DNA from: Clostridia bacterium
GTDB taxonomy: Bacteria > Bacillota > Clostridia > Oscillospirales > Acutalibacteraceae
Length of the DNA: 64,000 nt
Reading direction: 5' to 3'
Assembly: GCA_017399175.1 (NCBI GenBank)
Contig: JAFQEE010000043.1
Location: 6,021 to 70,020, forward strand
The position numbers and the translations under genes are program-made. This document shows positions 1 through 6,712 of the stretch, one piece after another. The stretch's first letter is position 1. The number at the start of each line of letters is the position of its first letter. The notes under the pieces were generated by a model. The model had not been told where the DNA came from and did not search any database. It was given only the letters and a program-made list of their open reading frames with translations.

Positions 1-50
1 CAATTTACTATTATATAGAACATTCGTTCAATTGTCAAGAACTTTCCCGA

Positions 51-86
51 AAAAGAAAAGGTGGTGTCGGTTTTTGCCGACACCAC
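51..86 (-). terminator. Intrinsic terminator closing the minus-strand three-gene operon
   Basis: Perfect 10-bp stem GTGGTGTCGG/CCGACACCAC (61-70/77-86) with a 6-nt loop. On the minus strand it is followed by CTTTTCTTTT (60-51). Confidence 0.6.
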
Positions 87-249
87 AATGTTAATTATCC
101 TATTTTATTAGCTGTTTTGACATTTTTTTATATTTTCATAAAGCCAATTCAAAAAGTTGTTTATAAGTTCAGTAAGAATATCAGAAAGTTCATCAGGTTG
201 TAATTACACATACAGTACTAATACTTACCCAACATTCGGATTTGCTTTT

Positions 250-274
250 ATGCTATATTCGGTTAATATAGCAT
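250..274. repeat. Perfect 10-5-10 inverted repeat ATGCTATATT-CGGTT-AATATAGCAT
   Basis: Read directly from the sequence. It lies 35 nt beyond the stop of the 236-aa gene. No T-run follows on either strand. Confidence 0.8.
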
Positions 275-308
275 TGTCAATCCTATATGAAACATATAAA
301 ATTTCTGT

Positions 309-1019
309 TTAAGTATTGTTTATAAAGCTAATATTTTGTGAAGAAATGTTTTCAAAAGTAACACTTACAGTATTTTGACCATTATTTATTTTTGCAAAAA
401 GTGATATAGTTTGTTTTAAGTTTATACCCATAGTGTTTTTATACTTTAAAGTAAATGTTTCTTTGTACTCTAATTTGTCGTCTTTCCAAAATTCTGATAA
501 TAATATTTCTTTTATATCCAAGATTATTTTAATATTATCATTTTGACAAGCATATTGAACAATAGAGTTTGAGCATTTGATAGATTTTAAATTTTCTAGC
601 GCTATATCTAGTGCGATGCCGCTACCAACATTCTTTAATACTAAATCCACACAACTACTGTCTGTACTATTAGTAAGTACATACTCCTTGCTCCACGTTT
701 TGTTTTCTATATTTTCTAAATATTCAGGGGTATCAAGCACTTTATGCATAACAAAAAAGGGGGCATTATTTTGTGCAGTAGAAAACTTCAATTGCTTTTC
801 GGTATCCTTTTTAGTAAAGTATATTGTTGCAATTAAAGAACCCACAGCTATTAGTCCACTTAAAATTGCACCATAAAAGGAAAGAACATCTGGTGCTCCC
901 CAAAGTGTTAAATATCCAGCGTTCATTTTATAGAATTCATTAATAATAACAGGTATCCCCAATACTAAAAAAACAGATCCCAATATTAGCAACAGTACTG
1001 TAATGATTTTTTTAGTCAT
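309..1019 (-). CDS. Membrane protein: two N-terminal TM helices plus a ~160-aa beta-rich C-terminal domain (candidate effector)
   Basis: 236-aa ORF. Hydrophobic segments IITVLLLILGSVFLVLGIPVII and VLSFYGAILSGLIAVGSLIATIYF. RBS GAGGAA lies 5 nt upstream. It is the third gene of a tight co-directional operon. Confidence 0.75.
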   Translation of the reverse strand: MTKKIITVLLLILGSVFLVLGIPVIINEFYKMNAGYLTLWGAPDVLSFYGAILSGLIAVGSLIATIYFTKKDTEKQLKFSTAQNNAPFFVMHKVLDTPEYLENIENKTWSKEYVLTNSTDSSCVDLVLKNVGSGIALDIALENLKSIKCSNSIVQYACQNDNIKIILDIKEILLSEFWKDDKLEYKETFTLKYKNTMGINLKQTISLFAKINNGQNTVSVTFENISSQNISFINNT

Positions 1020-1085
1020 ATAGTTTCCTCATCATTTAAATTGAAATAATTCATACTAATCGATATATAATCACAAATGAATATT

Positions 1086-2033
1086 CTATTTCAAATTATA
1101 CAGCACATACAAAAACCTTTGTTTATTTAATTTTGATATAATCGATGTTGAAACAAGAGGCAAATTTTCCATTAACCTCTCATTAGAAAAGCCAAAATTT
1201 TTTATTATTTTTTCACATATGGTCTTAGCATTAATTGATCCATCTCTATCTTTAATACAATATATCCTATCGATAAAAGCAAGCATAAATAACAAACGAT
1301 AGTTTTCTTGATGAGGTAAATTTCTAAAGACCTCTGGGATTTTTTCAAATTTTAATATAGATATTAATCCATCTAATTTTTCATCAATGATAGACTTATC
1401 AATACTCTTTACCATTGAAATTATTGGTGTAATATAATAACGACCAGCTCTCTCGTCCATTGCAGCTGTCATCAAATAATCTGAAATAACATACTCTAGT
1501 TTTGCCAATCCAAATTTATTGTATGAAACATCATATAATGATACAAATTCCATTTTTTCTTTAGTAGAACTGTCTCTTTTTTCAAAAATAGAAACGCAAA
1601 AATCATCACACATATTATTATATATCAAATCATCAACGACTTTTTGCGATAACGAAATACCTATGCCAGAAAATTGACACTGATTTAAATATATTCCAAT
1701 TGTTGCCGGATCCGTAAACTTCATTGAAAAGCCTTTCTTGTTTTCAAAAACAACTTTATCCGAATTTAACGAACCTTTATCAACATAAGCTGAAAAATAA
1801 CGATGGGTTTTCATAAGTGTATCTCTCAACAATCTAAAAAATTTAATTACATCCTCCAAAGAATCAATTTCAACATAGGCATTATCGCTGTATCCATAAA
1901 TCTTACAATTGCATCTTCGCGAAACTTGTTTCAATGTATCATTAAACTCATTTATAGACGCTGTATATTCTTGATTACTTGTTAACGCAGATGCTCTTAT
2001 TCCAACCATATCAAAAAAAGCAATATATGCCAT
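1086..2033 (-). CDS. Nucleotidyl-cyclase-like protein (class III cyclase-homology-like N-terminal ~150 aa plus a helical C-terminal half)
   Basis: 315-aa ORF. Motifs IAFFDMVGIR (Asp8), KIYGYSDNAYVE (Asp50) and IYLNQCQFSGIGISLSQKVVDDL resemble the beta1, beta2-3 and C-terminal motifs of class III cyclases. RBS GGAGGTG lies 6 nt upstream. Confidence 0.55.
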   Translation of the reverse strand: MAYIAFFDMVGIRASALTSNQEYTASINEFNDTLKQVSRRCNCKIYGYSDNAYVEIDSLEDVIKFFRLLRDTLMKTHRYFSAYVDKGSLNSDKVVFENKKGFSMKFTDPATIGIYLNQCQFSGIGISLSQKVVDDLIYNNMCDDFCVSIFEKRDSSTKEKMEFVSLYDVSYNKFGLAKLEYVISDYLMTAAMDERAGRYYITPIISMVKSIDKSIIDEKLDGLISILKFEKIPEVFRNLPHQENYRLLFMLAFIDRIYCIKDRDGSINAKTICEKIIKNFGFSNERLMENLPLVSTSIISKLNKQRFLYVLYNLK

Positions 2034-2063
2034 TCATAACACCTCCAAAAAAAAGAATTCAAA

Positions 2064-3239
2064 TCACAATTTAATAATGAACGGTACTATTTCAAAATCA
2101 AAGCCACTATCATAATATTTGTGAATCTCTCCCCAATATACTATATCCCATTTAGCTGGATATAATTCTCCTGGGAACAAGGCTTTTAACTGTGCAATCG
2201 AATGAGTGTCATCTGGGATATGCTTAATTAAAACTATTGCAAATCGCTCTTCTTTTCCAAAAGGCCTATCATCGATAAATTGAGGTGGGTTCAATATCTT
2301 TTTTTCAATTTCAACTTTTATTCTACTAGGACTGATTTGACCTTGATAAATGTTTCTGTCAAAAACTTTTTCAAGCGGATTTACAATTTCTTTTTCTTTA
2401 TAAAATACTCTACCATTTTCTTTAAAATACCACTCTTGGAATTTTTTCCACAAATTGCAATAGTCTTCAAAAAAAGCGAATACATCAGAATCAAAATTTT
2501 TTACTATATCATATGGTGCAACAGTAAAAATTGAAAGGAACGAAATATAAGGAGTGTCCGTCTTTAATTTTGAAGCAACATACTTTATCAAATTGCGTCC
2601 ATCTTTAGAAAATGTTTTGAGAAAACTTTCATCTTTTGAACACTCAAGAATAAACTGTACCTTATCTGCAGAGATTTTTTGCTTATCATCATGATGATAA
2701 GCTACATCACTCACTCCTAAATAATGACACATGCACGAGTCTACAAGAAGTGCTTCAGAATGAAGTATAGCGATATCTTCGGATAAACAAATTTGGTAAA
2801 ACGATGGTGGATTATTATGTGCCTCTGTCGGAACGAAATATGCCGAATCTTCCTTGAATTGTATAATCATATTATGCGTAGCTTCATTCATTTTTAGTTT
2901 TAAAATATCCTCTCGAGCTCCCGGATACAATAATATTCTAATGTTCTTTCGCCTAGAATCCGCAACATTATTAAAAATTAAATTGATTTTTTTATCTTCT
3001 GGAGAAAAAACAGTATTCTTTTTTACGAGAGCAGAGCATCTGTTATGTATATAATCGCTTAATATTTTATTCGATTCGTTTAACTTTGTACAAATTTGCA
3101 AAACATTAACAAACTGTTCGCTACCGCTTAAAATATTATTTAATCTGAAATAAGTCGCGTCGGCCATTTCATTAGCGTATTCGTCATCTCCAGGAAAAAC
3201 TGTAATGTTAAAAAGGATTCGTTCTTTTTCACCATTCAT
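2064..3239 (-). CDS. Hypothetical protein, first gene of the operon (no recognisable motif)
   Basis: 391-aa uninterrupted ORF in very AT-rich DNA. RBS AGAGGAG lies upstream. Its stop is 30 nt before the next start. Confidence 0.7.
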   Translation of the reverse strand: MNGEKERILFNITVFPGDDEYANEMADATYFRLNNILSGSEQFVNVLQICTKLNESNKILSDYIHNRCSALVKKNTVFSPEDKKINLIFNNVADSRRKNIRILLYPGAREDILKLKMNEATHNMIIQFKEDSAYFVPTEAHNNPPSFYQICLSEDIAILHSEALLVDSCMCHYLGVSDVAYHHDDKQKISADKVQFILECSKDESFLKTFSKDGRNLIKYVASKLKTDTPYISFLSIFTVAPYDIVKNFDSDVFAFFEDYCNLWKKFQEWYFKENGRVFYKEKEIVNPLEKVFDRNIYQGQISPSRIKVEIEKKILNPPQFIDDRPFGKEERFAIVLIKHIPDDTHSIAQLKALFPGELYPAKWDIVYWGEIHKYYDSGFDFEIVPFIIKL

Positions 3240-3464
3240 TTATATTGCTCCTCTTGTTATAAAATATAGTTTTAGAAATTGCTATTATTTACTGTTAACT
3301 TTTTTATTCGGGATAAATTTACATACAATGATAGAACTCAACAGATTATAAATTAAATTCGCAAGATCATTTAATACAAATATAGAATATATTAAAATCA
3401 TCATCTTTTTCAATTAGTAATGCAAAAACGCCGCACTTTTCGACAAAAACGCTTGTTTTTCGTC

Positions 3465-3960
3465 TCATTTTCCATTGCTATCAAACTCCACCCACGGCTT
3501 TTTAAATGCACCTATCTTCCTCATTGAAGTATAAACCTTATATTCATCTTCGCCACATTTGAGTGCAACAAAATCCTTGGTTACTTCTTCCATATAATGC
3601 AGGTTGACTATGTAACTGTAATGGGGTTGGGCGAAAGATTTTTCATCGAGAACTTCTTTCCAGTACTCCATTGAGTAGTGCGTTTCGTTTTTTTCGGTCT
3701 GTTATATACAGCACGGATTTTCTGTCCTCTATGGCAATGTATATAATTTCGTGTAGGCACACCCTGAAAATATCCTTGTTGCACATTGTCACAGATATAC
3801 CCTGGTAAATGCGATAACATTTGCTGTCACTTTCAGAAATGAAAAGGCCGTTACAACCGTGATATGTTTCTGGATAATGTGATAAACCATTGCTATTCAG
3901 GATTTCTACTATTTCCTCTTTTGTTTTGATGTGTCCGATTTCGTTTGTTTTCATAAGCAT
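3465..3960 (-). pseudogene. LytTR-domain DNA-binding protein, frameshifted at a homopolymer
   Basis: Two ORFs (3643-4068 and 3465-3671) carry LytTR-like halves (EIIYIAIEDRKSVLYITD and FAQPHYSYIVNLHYMEEV). Removing one base from the T7/A7 run at 3688-3694 joins them in frame. Confidence 0.7.
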
Positions 3961-4082
3961 TTTCCTTAAAATATAATCTGTCTTATATTTATAAAGTGCT
4001 GTATAAAGGAAAAAGTAACGCCATTTTTTCGAAAAAGAACGAACTTTGTCGAAATCAACAATTTGCACAACTATTCAAACAA

Positions 4083-4125
4083 AAACAACCGCCTTACTTG
4101 CGAAACACAAGTAAGGCGGTTGTTT
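4083..4125 (-). terminator. Strong intrinsic terminator (18-bp stem)
   Basis: AAACAACCGCCTTACTTG / CAAGTAAGGCGGTTGTTT with loop CGAAACA. On the minus strand it is followed by TTTGTTTG. Confidence 0.75.
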
Positions 4126-4174
4126 CATATTCACATTTCTATTTAATCAAACTTATCATCAAATATAAGACAGT

Positions 4175-4198
4175 ATTGGTGTAGCTGCTGACACCAAT
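4175..4198 (-). terminator. Hairpin immediately downstream of the 520-aa gene
   Basis: ATTGGTGT / ACACCAAT stem with an 8-nt loop, 23 nt after the stop at 4221. The T tract is weak. Confidence 0.4.
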
Positions 4199-4220
4199 GG
4201 AGTTTATTCATTAATATTAT

Positions 4221-5783
4221 TTATTGTTCTTCTATATATTGACCGTCAGGTAAAGGTTTAAATAATATTGGAAGTGGAAGAACATCACTTGTTCTTTCCA
4301 GCAACATCAAAGCCCATTTCAAGTTGTACTCTTTCCCATATTCAGCATCAAACAAGTTCATCAAACTTGTTCCATATTCAATAGGATTTTCAGGTGTTAA
4401 GTTTAATATAAATCCAAATGGATATGCTCCTAAATCACAACACGTTGTTGCTTTAGGACCTGCATCTGATATACTAGCAAGGGTAGTTGGTCCAACCATT
4501 AATTGTCCGACATTTTTATGAGTTAAATAAATGCGCAAATCAAATAGTGATTTATCAATAGTATTGCTTTCTTTATTAAGTAAAAATTCATCAAAGCCTA
4601 ATCGCTTGACTTCTGAATAAGGCAACAAACTACAAAACATTGTGATGACTTGCTTCACAAAAGCCAAAGCAGGAAATTTTCTTGTGCTAAAGGCAAAAAT
4701 TTCACCATGTTTCAAGGGATCCATTTTATATAAAGCATAGCCAACTTCTTTCGCAACATCATTATATACTGTTGCATACCATGCACCGGTATTATTGTTA
4801 CATCTTTCACACACAGAGTATTTGCCCATACCTTGCTGTTGATTTTTATAATATGCCTTTTCACCTTTGTATCTTTTAATGGCATCTTCTCCGGTATATA
4901 CTTTAGTTCGATTATTATTAAGAGCATTTTCAGGTGGAATATGTTCAAATGATAATTTACAGTATGTACCGCATATTTGACATTCGCCATAATGATAAAC
5001 TTTTTCAAATTTTTTATCTGACAGTTCTGCAAAAATTATCGGTGTAGAAAGTTGACTTTCTAATCCAACTTTATCCCAAGTAGCTGTCCAAATAAGATAT
5101 GGCTCAAGTGGTAAAAAATCTTTTACTTTGATATGTGCACCGTCACGAACAAGCAAACCAGCTTTTGCCATTTTTTCAGCATCAAAATAAAGTCTGGCGC
5201 CCGTTTTATATTCTGCATCAATATCCATTACAATTTTGCTTGATTGTTTGGAATTAACAACGATTTCACCACTGACACCACCACCGAACATAACATAATC
5301 GCAAAAACAAACAGGATCACCAAGTAGTTTTCCAATAGGTTCTTTTTCAGAAGTAGCAAGTTTATTCCAACTTTTGAGCATTCCGTCTTTCTGTATTTGA
5401 TACCAATTTTCCATTGATGTGCTATGTACTAAAATTGGCATTTCATAATCACGTAGGAGTGTTTCATTATAACTGTGTCCAGTATAATGGTTCTGAGCTT
5501 GATTATATTCATCTTCTGTAATTGCAACAATACCGTTAAGATTACTTGCATTACAATATCCGATAAAATCTCCGACAGCCATTTTCCAATCATCGTGAAG
5601 CTGCTTGCTGATTTTTATGGTATAAGCACAACCATTCTTCGCACCAACAATCATTGCAGTATCTATATTAGATGAAAGAATCAATACTAACCAAGAGGAA
5701 TCATATTCACTTTTTGTTATCGGATTTATATTGTTTTCTATAAAATTATCTACTCTATAAATCAAGGTTAACACCCCTTCCAT
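4221..5783 (-). CDS. Fusion protein: N-terminal unknown region, KptA/Tpt1- or DarT-like (ART-fold-like) segment, and C-terminal Cys4 HNH-like nuclease module
   Basis: 520-aa ORF. PILVHSTSMENWYQIQKDGML and DAEKMAKAGLLVRDGAHIKVKDFLPLEPYL resemble KptA LYHGTxxxFLDxILxxGL and AKAMxxxG...ADNGVWLTDxVP. C268-x2-C271...E280-H281...C325-x2-C328-N329 is a bba-Me/HNH-like signature. Confidence 0.5.
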   Translation of the reverse strand: MEGVLTLIYRVDNFIENNINPITKSEYDSSWLVLILSSNIDTAMIVGAKNGCAYTIKISKQLHDDWKMAVGDFIGYCNASNLNGIVAITEDEYNQAQNHYTGHSYNETLLRDYEMPILVHSTSMENWYQIQKDGMLKSWNKLATSEKEPIGKLLGDPVCFCDYVMFGGGVSGEIVVNSKQSSKIVMDIDAEYKTGARLYFDAEKMAKAGLLVRDGAHIKVKDFLPLEPYLIWTATWDKVGLESQLSTPIIFAELSDKKFEKVYHYGECQICGTYCKLSFEHIPPENALNNNRTKVYTGEDAIKRYKGEKAYYKNQQQGMGKYSVCERCNNNTGAWYATVYNDVAKEVGYALYKMDPLKHGEIFAFSTRKFPALAFVKQVITMFCSLLPYSEVKRLGFDEFLLNKESNTIDKSLFDLRIYLTHKNVGQLMVGPTTLASISDAGPKATTCCDLGAYPFGFILNLTPENPIEYGTSLMNLFDAEYGKEYNLKWALMLLERTSDVLPLPILFKPLPDGQYIEEQ

Positions 5784-5883
5784 CGATAATATATTATTAT
5801 ATCATATTAAGTAAATTATTTCTACCTTTAATGCGCTTTTCAGGTCAAAACCTTGACAATGCGGTGTATGATTGATATAATAA

Positions 5884-5900
5884 ACATACTAATAGTATGT
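5884..5900. promoter_or_regulatory. Palindromic operator ACATACTA-A-TAGTATGT upstream of the TetR gene
   Basis: Perfect 8-1-8 palindrome ending 10 nt before the tetR ATG. It shares the ACATAC/GTATGT core with two sites at 6609-6696. Confidence 0.6.
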
Positions 5901-5910
5901 AAGGTGAATT

Positions 5911-6573
5911 ATGGCAAGGAATAAATACCCCGAAGAAACAATAACCCTAATTCTTGATACGGCTCAAAAGCTATTTCTTGAAAAAGGTTACGAACACACA
6001 ACGATTCAAGATATTATTGATAATTTAGGCGGTCTTACAAAGGGTGCTATTTATCATCATTTCACATCAAAAGAGGACATCCTGAACGCAGTTACTGCAA
6101 GACTTTTTCAGGAAAACTCTTTGGCTCGTAAGTGGAATAAGATAGCAGAAGACGCATCTCTCAACGGTGCAGAGAAGCTTAAAGCTATGCTTTACGAGTC
6201 CCTCGTTGACGAACAGGAACAGAAGTTCAGAAGTATGGGTATTCATCTGCAGAATATGCCTCATATGTTAAGTGACTTGCTTTTAAGGTCTGTCAATGAC
6301 ATTGCACCTAATGCAATCAAGCCTGTACTTGAAGAAGGCATAAAGGACGGCTCAATTAAAATACCGTTTGCAAAAGAGCTTGCAGAGGTTATCTCTTTAC
6401 TTGCCAATGTTTGGCTCAATCCTCTTGTATTCTCTATGAGCGATGAGGATATTGAGAAAAAGTGTCAGGTAATTTTAGGCATGATGGCTATGCTCGGTGT
6501 TGATGTTTCTGACATGTACCCGGCGGTTTATAATATGAACAAGCAAATCAACGAAATGGACAACAGAAAATGA
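5911..6573 (+). CDS. TetR/AcrR family transcriptional regulator
   Basis: N-terminal HTH signature TIQDIIDNLGGLTKGAIYHHFTSKEDIL. 220 aa. Confidence 0.9.
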   Translation: MARNKYPEETITLILDTAQKLFLEKGYEHTTIQDIIDNLGGLTKGAIYHHFTSKEDILNAVTARLFQENSLARKWNKIAEDASLNGAEKLKAMLYESLVDEQEQKFRSMGIHLQNMPHMLSDLLLRSVNDIAPNAIKPVLEEGIKDGSIKIPFAKELAEVISLLANVWLNPLVFSMSDEDIEKKCQVILGMMAMLGVDVSDMYPAVYNMNKQINEMDNRK

Positions 6574-6600
6574 TAAATTGCCACCTCGGTGGCAATTTAT
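6574..6600 (+). terminator. Hairpin after the TetR gene
   Basis: ATAAATTGCCAC-CTCG-GTGGCAATTTAT, a 12-bp stem directly after the stop. The tail is only moderately T-rich. Confidence 0.5.
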
Positions 6601-6608
6601 TAAGGCAA

Positions 6609-6631
6609 TATACATACTAAAAGTATGTATA
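6609..6631. promoter_or_regulatory. Palindromic operator TATACATACT-AAA-AGTATGTATA
   Basis: Perfect 10-3-10 palindrome with the same core as 5884-5900. Confidence 0.6.
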
Positions 6632-6675
6632 CAAGCAAAAACCAAGCCGCATCTGCGGCAATATATTTTATCATT

Positions 6676-6696
6676 TTACATACCAAGAGTATGTAA
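6676..6696. promoter_or_regulatory. Palindromic operator TTACATAC-CAAGA-GTATGTAA
   Basis: Perfect 8-5-8 palindrome, 17 nt upstream of the transporter ATG, with the same core motif. Confidence 0.55.
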
Positions 6697-6712
6697 CGAA
6701 AGGAGTTTCGCA

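Noticed and set aside
89-200. Minus-strand reading LQPDELSDILTELINNFLNWLYENIKKCQNS in the operon 3' tail
   Set aside because: It has no start codon and a stop lies immediately upstream. At best it is a gene remnant.
577-876. 99-aa plus-strand ORF inside the 236-aa minus-strand gene
   Set aside because: It is antisense shadow of a longer ORF in AT-rich DNA, with no RBS and low-complexity translation.
3608-3820. 70-aa ORF overlapping the LytTR fragments
   Set aside because: It is the third frame across the frameshift region. The other two frames carry the recognisable LytTR halves.
3421-4056. About 40-nt imperfect direct repeat (3421-3462 versus 4012-4056) flanking the LytTR pseudogene
   Set aside because: The two are only about 70% similar, and both are A/T-run rich. 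This cannot be distinguished from chance by eye.
61-4198. Hairpins at 61-86 and 4175-4198 share GGTGT...ACACC. I considered them as island-bounding repeats.
   Set aside because: The shared core is only about 7 nt, and both are adequately explained as terminators.
6578-6712. N-terminal 45 codons of the 511-aa transporter ORF
   Set aside because: This part spans the tetR terminator and both operator palindromes. A good RBS precedes ATG 6713.
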